A stretch of DNA of 64,000 bases from Candidatus Hydrogenedentota bacterium (lineage in GTDB: Bacteria; Hydrogenedentota; Hydrogenedentia; Hydrogenedentales; JAEUWI01). The notes beneath the pieces were generated by a model. That model ran no database searches. It saw only the letters and a program-made list of their open reading frames with translations, and was not told where the DNA came from. A program made the translations under genes and the position numbers. Location of the stretch: contig JAXMOL010000025.1 of the NCBI GenBank assembly GCA_034669905.1, forward strand, positions 32,001 to 96,000. Direction: 5' to 3'. Shown here one piece after another: positions 1 through 10,463 of this stretch (within the stretch, counting starts at the first letter, position 1; every line of letters begins with the position of its first letter).

Positions 1-1166
1 TTCACGGCCTCGAAGACCCGGGCCAATTCATAGCACATGCCCGCCGCCACCGCCCGGATCATTTCTGCCCGGTCTGTGGAAGGTCCCATACCCAGCAAGC
101 ACGCGCTGCCGAGAAAATCCGGGGCCAGCGCATTGGGGCGGTTGAGCCAGGGCAGGGCCACCAGCCCTTCGGCAGGCAGCACAGCCGACGTAAATATCGC
201 CCGTTGTTTTTCCAGCGCACGCCGGTTGTTTCGATCCACAAACTGTTCCAACGCCCAGTCCCAGGTCACATTGCCCGTTAACAGGGGCTGGATAACCAGT
301 TGCCCCGGGGCATGGGGTGCGGGAATGGCAAATTGAAAGGGCGACGTACCCGTCATTTTTTCGGGCAAACAGAAGTTTCCGACCCACGCCGTCCCGAGGG
401 AACATTGGAGCGGACGTTTCGAAACATGGGCCACGGAGAGAAATCCCGCTTCGTGGTCCATATAGGGACCCGCCACCGGAATCCCCACAGGCAAGCCAAA
501 GCGCTTGGCCCCGGCCGCCGACAAGGGCACCGTTTCATGGCCAGCACGGAGGGGGGCGAAAAAATCGGTCGTGCAATCGGCCAGGGCGGCGAGTTCCTTG
601 CTCAGGGCATTCCGCCGCGAATCGTAGACCCCAATCTGCATGGCATTGCAGACATCCTGACGCCACACACCCGTGAACTGATGAAAGGCATATTCACCCG
701 CCCCCACGTAGATATTCTTATCGTGAAAAAGTGCCGGGTGCCGTTCGGACAGCCAGGCCACACGGGCCAGCCCCATACCCGGCTCGTCGCGCTGGGTCCG
801 GGTGCGCCAATAGCGGGCCGGCTTGGATGCCGTCAGGGTTTGATACTCGGAAAAGGCCCGGCCATCGTTCCAGAGCATCATGGGGGTGTGGGCCATACCG
901 GTCTCCCGGTCGGCAATGATCGTGCTCCCCCCCTGGGCGGCCAGCGCCACACCACGGACCCGTTCCAAACCACCAAGGGCCTTGCCCACATGGCGAACCG
1001 CCTGACGCAGCACACGGGCCACCACTTCAGGAGATTGCTCCCGCCGTCCGGTGGCATCCGTTTCCACAGGGAGACGGCGCTCGACCCCGTGAAGCAGGGT
1101 CCCGGCCTCCCGGTCGTAGGCGGCCACTTTCAGGGCCGTCGTGCCCAGATCAATGCCAATCAGCAT
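1..1166 (-). CDS. FGGY-family carbohydrate kinase (3' end outside window)
   Basis: Manual translation from ATG at 1166: MLIGIDLGTTALKVAAYD... with later motifs AQGGS, MLWNDGRA, SLGTA. Start overlaps the DeoR stop. Not in the ORF track because there is no stop in the window. Confidence 0.85.
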   Translation of the reverse strand, partial: MLIGIDLGTTALKVAAYDREAGTLLHGVERRLPVETDATGRREQSPEVVARVLRQAVRHVGKALGGLERVRGVALAAQGGSTIIADRETGMAHTPMMLWNDGRAFSEYQTLTASKPARYWRTRTQRDEPGMGLARVAWLSERHPALFHDKNIYVGAGEYAFHQFTGVWRQDVCNAMQIGVYDSRRNALSKELAALADCTTDFFAPLRAGHETVPLSAAGAKRFGLPVGIPVAGPYMDHEAGFLSVAHVSKRPLQCSLGTAWVGNFCLPEKMTGTSPFQFAIPAPHAPGQLVIQPLLTGNVTWDWALEQFVDRNNRRALEKQRAIFTSAVLPAEGLVALPWLNRPNALAPDFLGSACLLGMGPSTDRAEMIRAVAAGMCYELARVFEAV

Positions 1167-1960
1167 GCCTTCCCCCCGCTCACATAGTGCACGTGCTTTA
1201 CGCAGTCATCCAGCCAGCTTCGGTCGGCCGCCGCCACCCCGTTGTCGACGATGATGTGGTCGATGGCATGCCAGTCGGCAAATTTCACAAAGGAGGTGCG
1301 GCTCAACTTGCGGCTGTCGGAAACCAGTACCGTCTCTTCCGCCACGTCGATCATCGCTTCCGACACCCGGGCAATGCCCAGATCCGTCGTATAGAGTCCC
1401 CGTTCGTCGAGGGCGTCGGCTCCCAGGATCGCCAGGTCCACGCGAAACTTCCGCAGGTTATCCTCGGTCAGACTGCCGCTCAGATCCGGGCTGTTACTCC
1501 GCACATTCCCGCCAAGTAACACCACCTCCATCTGCGGAAAGGTATGGAGCGCCGATGCGACAGCCAGGGAGGACGTCAACACCTGCAGGCCGTCTACATT
1601 CCCCAGCGCACGGGCCACCTCCAGCGTTGTCGTCCCCGTATCAATGACAATCCGCATGCCCGGTGCCACCATGGCAGCCGCCGCACGGGCAATCGCCCGT
1701 TTCTCGGCAATGCTCGTGCGATTCCGTTCCAGAAAAGCAAACTCGGCCACCGACTGCTTCGAAAAAATCGCCCCGCCATGGGTCCGGGTCAACGCGTTCT
1801 GTCCTTCGAGGGCTTCCAGATCACGCCGAATGGTCATGGGCGTCACGTCAAACTCGGTCGCCAACTCCAGCACAAAGACTTCTCCCTCCGACGAAAGGCG
1901 CTCAAGGATGGCGCTCCGTCGGGTGGTGGCAGTCTGTTTTTTGTGCGTGCCGTTTTTCAC
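1160..1960 (-). CDS. DeoR/GlpR-family transcriptional regulator
   Basis: N-terminal HTH VTPMTIRRDLEALE...RTHGGA; C-terminal sensor domain IDTGTTT...DSRKL. Confidence 0.95.
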   Translation of the reverse strand: MKNGTHKKQTATTRRSAILERLSSEGEVFVLELATEFDVTPMTIRRDLEALEGQNALTRTHGGAIFSKQSVAEFAFLERNRTSIAEKRAIARAAAAMVAPGMRIVIDTGTTTLEVARALGNVDGLQVLTSSLAVASALHTFPQMEVVLLGGNVRSNSPDLSGSLTEDNLRKFRVDLAILGADALDERGLYTTDLGIARVSEAMIDVAEETVLVSDSRKLSRTSFVKFADWHAIDHIIVDNGVAAADRSWLDDCVKHVHYVSGGKAC

Positions 1961-1969
1961 TGGACCTCT

Positions 1970-3550
1970 CTACACGTTCACGGGCGCGTCGGTAAACTGT
2001 GCCAGCGTCTGGCTGACCTTATCCACCACGAAGTCCACCAACCCGTGATCGGCGATGAGGGGCAACTTGGTCAACAGGGCCGGGGGACAATCCGCCTTGT
2101 AGGTCTGGGCGCTGATATCCAGTCCCTTTTCCACCAGGGCCGCAGCGATCGCCTTGGCCGACGCCAGATCGCGCACATACAGGGTCGACATGTGACCGTA
2201 GCCTTCGACGGCGGTGATAATCCCGTCATATTCCTGCGCCACCGCCCGCAAACGCTCCGCAAAATATTCGCCCACCGAACGAGTCACCTCGGCATTGGCC
2301 TTCGCCCAAGTCAGGGTAATGAGGTAAGCCAACGAAGCCAACTCTTCCTGCCCATTCGTCACGAGGGCACCAAATTGGGGCAAGGCGTTGTCCATCGTGG
2401 CGCTGAAGATAATTCGGGACGCCGGATACTCCCCGCCGGGGAAGCCTTTCCCCACCGAAACAAACGTGGGCTTCAGGCCATAATCCCGGAACATGAATAT
2501 CTCGTGGTTCCAGATACACGATTGAATTTCATCACACACCGTGGGCACGTCGTGCTGGGCACACAGGGCATAGGCGGCATGGAGGAATTCCCGCGTCAGC
2601 AGGAGCCCCCCGTAGTTCATCATAACGATCTCATGAAAGAATCCGGCGATCTGTGTCGTGTCCGTGTTGTATTCCGCGAAGACCCGGGCAAGATCGTCGT
2701 GATTGTTCGGACGCACCGTGACCACTTGGAACGCACCGACTGATTCGAGCCGCTGCGCCAACTCGGGCCACATGCCCCGCATGATCTGGGTCAAGATCGT
2801 CGTGCCGTGGTAATTGCCACCCAATCCACCTTCTTCATCGCCCACCACCAGAATCACGGGCGTTTTCCCGGCGTGTTTGGGAGCCGCCATGCCCGGCTGC
2901 ACCCGATAAAAACGGGCCAGAATCATCTTGAGCGCCGCTTCCAACGCCAGACTACCGGTCTCCAGGTTGAGCACCCGGTTCATCACGTTCAGCTCGCGGG
3001 TCGCCAACACCGATTCAAGACCCGATTCATCGTCGAATTCGAGACCATTCGCCGTGGCCACCAGCGCCTGTTCCATGAGCCGGGTAATGTGTCCCCGCGT
3101 ATTGTTATGGGTCGCATTGGGAATACCCAGGCTTCGGGCATGCTCGATAAGTTGGTAACCGGGGAAACGGTGCCCCAGCGACGCGTGGTAGTGTTCGCTT
3201 TTCGTCGTCAGGTAAAGCCGGCCATTTTCGCCAATGCGATAGGGACCCAGCCCACTCACAGGGGCCAACGCGGTCTTGGTCGCCCCATTGAAACTGTCTA
3301 TGGACGCACCGGCCGAAGTTTCCGAACGCACCCCAACGATCACCTGTTCCCCCACCTGCTCGCGCAACGCCGCAATCCGCGCCTGAAACGCTGACGGGAA
3401 AAAGTCTACCGCCGTGCGGCCTGTCTCGGACAGATCAGACTCGGACACGCCATGGAGAAACGCATGACCACAACTGGCCATCGCCACATAGGCATCGCCA
3501 CAAAGGTCCGCGAGGGACAGAGACACCGGGACAAATTCCGTTTGCTTCAC
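1970..3550 (-). CDS. Class III PLP-dependent aminotransferase
   Basis: TGSLALEAALK, NYHGTT, DEIQS, and the PLP lysine in SVGKGFPGG. GTG start with GGAG upstream. Confidence 0.85.
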   Translation of the reverse strand: MKQTEFVPVSLSLADLCGDAYVAMASCGHAFLHGVSESDLSETGRTAVDFFPSAFQARIAALREQVGEQVIVGVRSETSAGASIDSFNGATKTALAPVSGLGPYRIGENGRLYLTTKSEHYHASLGHRFPGYQLIEHARSLGIPNATHNNTRGHITRLMEQALVATANGLEFDDESGLESVLATRELNVMNRVLNLETGSLALEAALKMILARFYRVQPGMAAPKHAGKTPVILVVGDEEGGLGGNYHGTTILTQIMRGMWPELAQRLESVGAFQVVTVRPNNHDDLARVFAEYNTDTTQIAGFFHEIVMMNYGGLLLTREFLHAAYALCAQHDVPTVCDEIQSCIWNHEIFMFRDYGLKPTFVSVGKGFPGGEYPASRIIFSATMDNALPQFGALVTNGQEELASLAYLITLTWAKANAEVTRSVGEYFAERLRAVAQEYDGIITAVEGYGHMSTLYVRDLASAKAIAAALVEKGLDISAQTYKADCPPALLTKLPLIADHGLVDFVVDKVSQTLAQFTDAPVNV

Positions 3551-3577
3551 GGGGAGAACTCCAGGGGGGTTGGCACA

Positions 3578-3607
3578 AATGTTCTTTAATGTTCGATTAT
3601 GTGCTTT
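3578..3607. promoter_or_regulatory. Putative DeoR/GlpR operator (three tandem 10-mers)
   Basis: AATGTTCTTT AATGTTCGAT TATGTGCTTT just upstream of the operon; resembles the GlpR half-site WATGTTCGWT. Confidence 0.6.
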
Positions 3608-3806
3608 AGAATATCCGAGACGCCATCAGAAATCAAGCGCCAATTCCAAATCGTCGCCGGTGCGCGGGGCTCAGGCGCCCTTCAATTATATACGCAACAC
3701 CACATTACTGTTATGTCAGATTTACTTACCACTAGGTAGTGTAAGCTAAATTATACAACTCCCGATCCACCGGCCCAGCCTCAATACGACACACCCAGAA
3801 TATCTC

Positions 3807-3835
3807 TTGACAAGCAATCTACGGTGAAGTATAAA
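3807..3835 (+). promoter_or_regulatory. sigma70 promoter for the DUF1559 gene
   Basis: TTGACA-17 bp-TATAAA. Confidence 0.75.
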
Positions 3836-4046
3836 GACTAAAGAACTTTTCAAATATTTCGACTTTTGTCCTAGCTCACTATGTAAGCAATTCTTAACGC
3901 GCACATAGTTGTTGGCCAGGCGGACAACAGGAAAGGAGGGGCCTATAGCGTTTTAAACAAAATACGGAAATCTGTGCACCGATATCGCGCGTTGGGTGCG
4001 ATAGCTGCGGCAATCGACAATTCGGATTCTTAAAGGAGAACGTATC

Positions 4047-4997
4047 ATGGGTACGCAAGCTGGGGACAAGCGAACAGGCTTTACCTTGATCGAGTTATTG
4101 GTAGTGATTGCAATCATCGGAATTCTGGCGGCGATTTTATTGCCCGCCTTGGCGCGAGCACGGGAGGCAGCCCGCCGTGCTTCCTGTCAGAACAATCTCA
4201 AGCAGATGGGACTTGTCTGCAAAATGTACGCCAATGAGTCCCCAGGTGAACTGTGGCCCACCTGCGGTAAGTACGATAAAGATGCCTGTGGCGAATTTGA
4301 TATGAACGCCTATCAGATCGACATGCACGCCCTCTATCCCGAATACATGACCGACGTGTTTATCTGGGTCTGTCCTTCGGATGCAGATGGTGTTAAAGCC
4401 GAACAAGGTCGCTGGAATGTGGACAGCGATCCGAGCAAGCCCATCGCTCCCTGTGAAATTGATGACCTTTGCTACATCTACCATAGCTGGATCATCGATC
4501 CCCAATGGCTCGTACCAGCTGGCACCGACGTCAATAGCGTCACCGGTGCCGGGGATCTCGACCTCTCCCTGCCGCTAGCCTTCGGAGACTTTATCGACGA
4601 CTGGGGCACCGCCTACAACATCGACCCCGGCAGCCCCGCCGAAAACACCACACCCGCCTGGGTAACGGATCCGGTCAAGCATGCCGCCGGCCTGCCCTCC
4701 TTCGATAAGAATATTAACGCGACACTGACCTCGGGTGAAGACGTTTCTATGCTCCGCTTCCGCGAAGGTATCGAACGCTTCATGATTACCGACATCAACA
4801 ATCCCGCCGGTGCTGCGATGGCGCAAAGCCAGATCTGGGTCATTTATGATGACTACGACATCGAGCATCCCGATTGGATGAACCACATTCCCGGTGGCGG
4901 AAACATCCTCTACATGGACGGGCACGTAGAATTTGCCAAGCTTGGCCAGGACGACGGTCCGTACAGCAAGGCATTCGCCTGGTTCAAGACCCTGTAG
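4047..4997 (+). CDS. Prepilin-type N-terminal cleavage/methylation DUF1559-family protein with H-X9-DG motif
   Basis: [14 protein letters not shown]...[20 protein letters not shown]-terminal [26 protein letters not shown]. Confidence 0.93.
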   Translation: MGTQAGDKRTGFTLIELLVVIAIIGILAAILLPALARAREAARRASCQNNLKQMGLVCKMYANESPGELWPTCGKYDKDACGEFDMNAYQIDMHALYPEYMTDVFIWVCPSDADGVKAEQGRWNVDSDPSKPIAPCEIDDLCYIYHSWIIDPQWLVPAGTDVNSVTGAGDLDLSLPLAFGDFIDDWGTAYNIDPGSPAENTTPAWVTDPVKHAAGLPSFDKNINATLTSGEDVSMLRFREGIERFMITDINNPAGAAMAQSQIWVIYDDYDIEHPDWMNHIPGGGNILYMDGHVEFAKLGQDDGPYSKAFAWFKTL

Positions 4998-5033
4998 CGG
5001 GGACAAGCGGCGCACACAACAGCAATACGATAG

Positions 5034-5062
5034 AAGGCACCCCAAGCCATCGGGGTGCCTTT
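5034..5062 (+). terminator. Probable intrinsic terminator hairpin
   Basis: AAGGCACCCC...GGGGTGCCTT(T) after the DUF1559 gene; the U tract is short. Confidence 0.55.
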
Positions 5063-5169
5063 ACGTTTCAGGGGATACGTTCGATGGGCCAGGACGGCGA
5101 ATGAACCCCAGCCCGTAGCGGACGTAGTAGTGTGTGAACCAGTGCACTCACTACCCGCGAGAGGTCCGA

Positions 5170-5856
5170 ATGATACAAAAACATGCCAGAAGTCTATTCA
5201 GGAAAGCCCCCGTCCCGGCCATGTTGCTCGTCCTGTTCATACTTGGCGCGTGCCACCAAACGGCACAAGACAAGACGCAGACGCTTGCCGCCGAGGTGGT
5301 CAACCGCTCCGACCGCCACCTGCTCGAACTCGTTGCACAAGGAGACACCGGACACCCGGTAGACATCCTGAAGAAGCGCGTCAGCGACTACGACGAAACG
5401 CAAATGGCGGATTTTACCGAAGCCGTCTTGAAAGAAGCCGTGCGCCAACGGCCTGCATTTTCCTATCGAAACGAATTCCTCGTTGCCTCAAAGGCTTTTT
5501 TGCCCGAGGAAATATTTGATGGACTCTACGCCGAGGCCTTCCGACGACAGTGGGAGGAAGCCGCCCCCGTCCTGAACTATATTCACGCGAACGCCCGTGC
5601 GAACGCCGAAATCCCCACCACCAACCTGGCGCTCCTTAAGCACTACTATCTAAAGCTGAAGGACCCCACCCACTACCTCGTACTGCACCCGCTAGACCCG
5701 ACCATGAACTGCTTAAACGAGCCCACGGCTACGTCATTGCAGCAGCAAATTCGTCAGATACTCGCCCAATGCGGAGCCCCGGGAGTCACCGTGCTGGCAG
5801 AGCTCGATAGAACCAAAACCCAGCGCCATGCCCTGGCCGGCAAGGAAAAGACGTGA
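5170..5856 (+). CDS. Hypothetical lipoprotein
   Basis: GAGG SD before ATG 5170; hydrophobic stretch ending in lipobox ILGAC. Confidence 0.6.
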   Translation: MIQKHARSLFRKAPVPAMLLVLFILGACHQTAQDKTQTLAAEVVNRSDRHLLELVAQGDTGHPVDILKKRVSDYDETQMADFTEAVLKEAVRQRPAFSYRNEFLVASKAFLPEEIFDGLYAEAFRRQWEEAAPVLNYIHANARANAEIPTTNLALLKHYYLKLKDPTHYLVLHPLDPTMNCLNEPTATSLQQQIRQILAQCGAPGVTVLAELDRTKTQRHALAGKEKT

Positions 5857-6254
5857 CCCTGCGCCAAGGGCCAATTGTCCCCCCTCCCGTGTGTTTCCGT
5901 GCCTTCCGTGGTAGATACACCAACGTCCTCATACGGACCGCAGATTACCCCCTACCTGATACGAAACACCTGACAGGAAGCCCAGCGCCACGCCCTGGCC
6001 ACCAGGACGGCCCCATAACCCCACGCCAATAGACCAACGTGCCCCTTTACCGTGTATTTCCGTACTATCCGTTTTGTCCGTGGTCAATCATGTTGATTGC
6101 TATCCAGTGCTTTCTCACCACAGAGAACCGAAGAGAATATTTCGTCTCAGCGTTCCCGTTCATTTGCGGCCAATAAACTTCGTGTGAATTCGTGTTCATT
6201 CGTGGTTCAACTTTTTTGGGTTGCGGCCAACGGCTGCGCCAGGCCTTCCGTGGT
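5819..6254 (+). repeat. Imperfect direct repeat plus periodic (T/C)CGTG motif cluster
   Basis: CCCAGCGCCA(T/C)GCCCTGGCC at about 5819 and 5981. CCGTGTGTTTCCGTGCCTTCCGTGGT (5887), CCGTGTATTTCCGT...TCCGTGGT (6050), TTCGTGTGAATTCGTGTTCATTCGTGGTT (6179). Confidence 0.6.
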
Positions 6255-6483
6255 ATATAAACCAACGCCCCCGCCGAATCACCAGGTTGACTGCACGCCA
6301 TCGGGGGCGTAAGATATTAGGTATGTGGCCGATGCGGTATTGGTCGCCTCCACAATTCGATTCCATACGCCGCGACGTGACGCTCCCACGGGAGACCGAC
6401 GCTGTGTTTCCCCTTTTCCACGTGCCAGATAGGCGTTGCAGTATTTTGCGTTTGGAAGGGCACCGAAACAGGGTTTTTACCAA

Positions 6484-7653
6484 ATGAAGTTGGATGCCAC
6501 ATTCAGTGTGACCTATGCGCATCAGCTCCGATGCACGCACGGTGTGTTTCGCTCCGAAAACCACCTCCTTGCCGAATTGCTCCCCCACCGTGACGGCCCG
6601 TCTGCCCGTGTCCTTGTCTTCGTCGACGAAGGCCTGGCCCAGGCCAATCCCGACTATGTGGCGGCTATCCCGGCGTGGTTTTCCACCCATTCTGACGTGG
6701 CCACGTTGGCAGCCCCGCCCCAGGTTTTGCCCGGCGGGGAAGTCGCCAAGCGCGACCGGAAGACCCTCGACCACGTCCTCGAAGTCATCAGTGAAGCCCA
6801 CATCTGCCGCCATTCCTATGTCCTGGTCGTCGGCGGCGGTGCCCTCCTCGACTGCGTGGGCCTCGCGGCCTCCCTCGCCCACCGGGGCGTACGTCTCATT
6901 CGCGTCGCCACCACCACCCTGAGCCAATCCGATTCGGCGCTGGGTGTAAAAAACGGCATCAATGCCTTCGATCAGAAGAACTACCTCGGTGTCTATGACG
7001 TGCCCTTTGCGGTTATCCACGACGAGGCAACCCTCGACACCCTGGGCGACGGAGATTGGTACGCGGGATTCAGTGAAGCGGTCAAGGTCGCCCTCCTGAA
7101 AGACCCCGAACTCTTTGAAACCATCGAACGGGATGCCGACGCCATCTGCCAACGGGACACCGCCACGGCCATCCCCGTGTTGCGCGCTTCCGCCAGGCAT
7201 CACTTCGATCACATTACCAAAAATGGCGACCCCTTCGAACGGGGTGACGCACGGCCCCTCGACTTCGGCCATTGGGCCGCCCACAAGCTGGAGCAAATGA
7301 GCCATTACGAAATCCGCCACGGTGCCGCCGTGGCCATCGGACTGGCCCTCGACGTAACCTACGCCCGCCTTCAGGGCTGGCTCGACGAAGCGCCCCACGA
7401 ACGGATTCTTCACACCCTTGAGCGCCTCGGCTTCGTCCTGCAACATCCCTTGCTGCAAGAACGAGACACCCTCATGGGGGGCCTGGCCGACTTTCAGGAA
7501 CATCTCGGCGGTGTGCGCTCCATCCCCATGATTCGCGATATCGGAGTCGCCTTCGAAGTACACGAAATCGACGAAGCCGTCATGGCCCGGGCACTCGACT
7601 GGCTCAACGCCTGGGAGCCTGCGACCACCGCTTCGGGAAGGAGCAGCGTATGA
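6484..7653 (+). CDS. eboD: EboD-like sugar-phosphate cyclase (3-dehydroquinate synthase family)
   Basis: GGEVAK, GGGALLD, HRGVRLIRVATTTLSQSDSALGVKNGIN, DPFERGDARPLDFGHWAAHKLE, FQEHLGG: EboD-type signatures. Other ebo genes are present in the window. Confidence 0.85.
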   Translation: MKLDATFSVTYAHQLRCTHGVFRSENHLLAELLPHRDGPSARVLVFVDEGLAQANPDYVAAIPAWFSTHSDVATLAAPPQVLPGGEVAKRDRKTLDHVLEVISEAHICRHSYVLVVGGGALLDCVGLAASLAHRGVRLIRVATTTLSQSDSALGVKNGINAFDQKNYLGVYDVPFAVIHDEATLDTLGDGDWYAGFSEAVKVALLKDPELFETIERDADAICQRDTATAIPVLRASARHHFDHITKNGDPFERGDARPLDFGHWAAHKLEQMSHYEIRHGAAVAIGLALDVTYARLQGWLDEAPHERILHTLERLGFVLQHPLLQERDTLMGGLADFQEHLGGVRSIPMIRDIGVAFEVHEIDEAVMARALDWLNAWEPATTASGRSSV

Positions 7654-7958
7654 AATACGACGTCAGTTGTCCCCTCTCCTATGGGGAAATCGTAGATCAC
7701 TACTTCCTAGAGCACCGCGCGAAACTTATCGACATCGCCGCATTCCTCGATCGCCTGGAACGGGCTTCCGATGGTACCCCCGCCCATGAGGACTTCCGGG
7801 TCACCGCCCTCCGCGACGCCCTCGCCCTTTTGAGTGATGGCCAGGGCGAACGGGCCAAACGGGTCCTCGCCCACCTCAGCGACGACCGCGAAGCCCTGTC
7901 CGAAACAGCCGCCGGCACCAAAGGGGCCCTCGGTGCCGCGCCGGAGTCGTCCAAATGA
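7650..7958 (+). CDS. Small conserved helical protein translationally coupled between eboD and eboB
   Basis: ATGA overlaps at both ends; YFLEHRAKLIDIAAFLDRLERA. Confidence 0.75.
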   Translation: MKYDVSCPLSYGEIVDHYFLEHRAKLIDIAAFLDRLERASDGTPAHEDFRVTALRDALALLSDGQGERAKRVLAHLSDDREALSETAAGTKGALGAAPESSK

Positions 7959-8761
7959 ATTACATCGAACCCCACGGCCACATGGTCTCCCGCACCACCG
8001 CCGACTACGAACAGATGGCCCTCGCCGGCTGTGTCGCTATTTCCGAACCCGCCTTCTGGGCCGGCTTTGACCGCGACTCGGTCCGCGGCTTCTACGACTA
8101 CTTCCGCCAGCTCACCGAATACGAGCCCGCCCGCGCAAAGAAATTCGGCATCCAACACTTCTGCTGGATCTGCATCAACCCCAAAGAGGGCGACGCCCCC
8201 GGCTTCGCCCGGGAAGTCATCGAGATCATCCCCGACTTCCTCCAAAAGCCCAACGTACTCGGCGTCGGCGAAATCGGCCTCAACAAGAACACCAAAAACG
8301 AGCTCATCATCCTCGAAGAGCAAATCGATCTCGCGGTAAAGCACAACCAGCTTATCCTCGTCCACACCCCCCACCTCGAAGATAAGCGCAAAGGTACCCG
8401 CATCATCATGGACGCCCTCCTCAGCCGTGGCGACGTCGACCCCGGCCGCGTCCTCATCGACCACGTGGAAGAGCACACCGTCGCTGAAGTCCTCGACAAA
8501 GGTTTCTGGGCCGGCATGACCCTCTACCCCGAAACCAAATGCACCAGCCAGCGCGCCGCCGACATCATCGAAATGTACGGCACCGAACGCCTCTGGATGA
8601 ACTCCGCCTGCGACTGGGGCATCAGCGATCCCCTCGCCGTCCCCAAAGCCCGGATGGAGCTCAAACGCCGCGGCCATTCGGAAGCGGTCATCAAGACCCT
8701 GACCTACGACAACCCCCACACCTTCCTCAGCCAGTCGCCGAACTTTACCCTGCCCGCGTAG
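7955..8761 (+). CDS. eboB: EboB-like TatD-family hydrolase
   Basis: PHGHMVSRTTADYEQM, EPAFW, GEIGL, VHTPH, IDH, NSACDWG.SDPLAVPK. Confidence 0.85.
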   Translation: MNYIEPHGHMVSRTTADYEQMALAGCVAISEPAFWAGFDRDSVRGFYDYFRQLTEYEPARAKKFGIQHFCWICINPKEGDAPGFAREVIEIIPDFLQKPNVLGVGEIGLNKNTKNELIILEEQIDLAVKHNQLILVHTPHLEDKRKGTRIIMDALLSRGDVDPGRVLIDHVEEHTVAEVLDKGFWAGMTLYPETKCTSQRAADIIEMYGTERLWMNSACDWGISDPLAVPKARMELKRRGHSEAVIKTLTYDNPHTFLSQSPNFTLPA

Positions 8762-9043
8762 CGGGACGGTACCGGCAGTAAGGGAAGACCACACAGCAAG
8801 GTCGGATACCCAGTTGGAAGCCACACAACTGGATGGGTGCCACCTTCAAAGACGGGAGTGAAACGAGCGGCTTTGTGGGTGCAATGCCCCAAAGGAATAC
8901 TTTGCACTCGCGCTGTCCACCGTCAACGGTCAACCATCACCCCCCACCACCCTCCGTCCACCAAAACAGCCGAGTCAGCACCAAGCTCCCCGGATGCGAC
9001 ACGCCCACAGACCTTAAAGTAAGATGGGGATAGAGAAACCCTA

Positions 9044-9214
9044 ATGCCTACAACCAGTTACGTTTTAATCGTCACCATAGTGGCCCTGTCCAGCGTCGGA
9101 CTCCTCGCCGTCGCCCTTCCTGCCGATTCTCCCGAAAACAACGGCGACTACATCCGCTTCAACTCACCACACTTTAAGGTTACCTGGCTCTTGGAGGAGT
9201 TTGGCACCCCATGA
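9044..9214 (+). pseudogene. 56-codon ORF; probable remnant of a secreted-protein gene paralogous to the 5' end of 13712
   Basis: The upstream sequence and signal-peptide coding region match 13687-13800 (GTAAGATGGGGAT(A/G)GAGAAACCCTAATGCC; MPTTSYVLIVTIVALSSVG vs MPIPRYLLIITLMALSGFG). Confidence 0.55.
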
Positions 9215-9801
9215 AGAGCTCGTCTAGAATAAACTGCGCAAGTCCCTCCGACGTCCCATCCGTCACCGAAATCCGCGATCTACTTCGCCCCGACCACAAA
9301 GTCGTACTGTACTTCACCAAGTGTAAGGATTTAGATAAGAAGCGCATTGTTGAGCAACTCTCGGAAAAGTTACCCGAGTGCTCGGTATTTTTCAGTGGTT
9401 CAGACCATGCGACAGAATGGATCACGGTAATGCCGGTTGTTGGGATATCGCAGTTGATTTTGCGATCTGACGAAATCACGAATGCCATCGATGCCTACAA
9501 TGAAACGTGCGTATTTCTTCAAGGACGTTATGCGGACGGAACTCTGGCGCCAGACTGGTCAAGCCACGAGCATGGAGAACATTGCCTGTTTGAAAACTCG
9601 CTCACCGGGCAGATTGTCGAAGCACCCTTCGCCTACCCTATCTTACCTGAGCACATCGATCCCTACTTCTTCGCCCAGTTCGTCAAGAGTACGCCTTCCT
9701 GTGCTACGGTGGCATCCCTTATCACGGACAGCTTTCATGATGGGGCAAGAATCCTGGAATTCATAGTCCCCAAAAGCGCAGACTACCAAGCAAATTCTTG
9801 A
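9211..9801 (+). CDS. Hypothetical protein (C-terminal part possibly DUF6896-like)
   Basis: 196-aa ORF, visibly lower GC than neighbours; HGEHCLFEN...IDPYFFAQFVKST. Confidence 0.6.
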   Translation: MKSSSRINCASPSDVPSVTEIRDLLRPDHKVVLYFTKCKDLDKKRIVEQLSEKLPECSVFFSGSDHATEWITVMPVVGISQLILRSDEITNAIDAYNETCVFLQGRYADGTLAPDWSSHEHGEHCLFENSLTGQIVEAPFAYPILPEHIDPYFFAQFVKSTPSCATVASLITDSFHDGARILEFIVPKSADYQANS

Positions 9802-9848
9802 CCAGTCAGCGAGACGTCCAAGAAACACAAGGCGAAAATACAGTCCGC

Positions 9849-10379
9849 GGGTTTGTCATCTCCTTCGCCCCAAGCGAAGAAGGGACTGTAACGGCAGTAC
9901 GCCTCGTCACCGATACCCCGCCGCCACCCTACCCCAACACCACGAACTCCCATCTCCATTCACTATTCAAGATTCACCATTCAAAAAACTGCCCCGAAGG
10001 GGTAACACGGCTCCCAGCCTGTCATCCCGTCCGCCCAACACGGCCGGGACAGCCTCACGCGTTACGGACCAACCCCCACCCCAACGGCTGACATTGGCCC
10101 TGCCCACCAGCCACCACACCTCAGCCACATCCGCCAAAGTGGGATAGGCTTCCAGCCTGTCATGGCACCCACCAAGGGAACGGCAAGAATCAGGAGCTTG
10201 GACACTCCTGTCCGAGACAAAGCGGACGCAACAACTCAACGATAACGAAGTCCACCCCCGGTCACCCGACACAGCCGGGACAGCCTCACGCGTCAACACC
10301 CACACCGCCCTCCGCCGTGTTTCCTTCCACGACAAGCACCTCCCAAACTCACCGTTACACAATGCGTGAAGGCAGTCCC
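9849..10379 (+). repeat. Composite REP/REPIN mosaic, copy 1
   Basis: M1 at 9882, M2 at 10040 and 10271, M3 at 10364; AAAGTGGGATAGGCTTCCAGCCTGTCAT at 10136; GGAGCTTGGACACTCCTGTCCGAGAC at about 10193. Confidence 0.85.
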
Positions 10380-10463
10380 CATCTTCAACGGTTAAAATAT
10401 CAACTGCAAACACCCCACACCAAAACCACGAACTCCCTTTCTTAATTCACTATTCAAAATTCA

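Noticed and set aside
6484..7653. Housekeeping aroB
   Set aside because: EboD-type motifs and ebo neighbours; no shikimate pathway context.
9967..10413. ORFs with repeated DRLEAYPT/TREAVPAV peptides (also 14862-15284 and 36214-36460)
   Set aside because: Translations of non-coding repeats.
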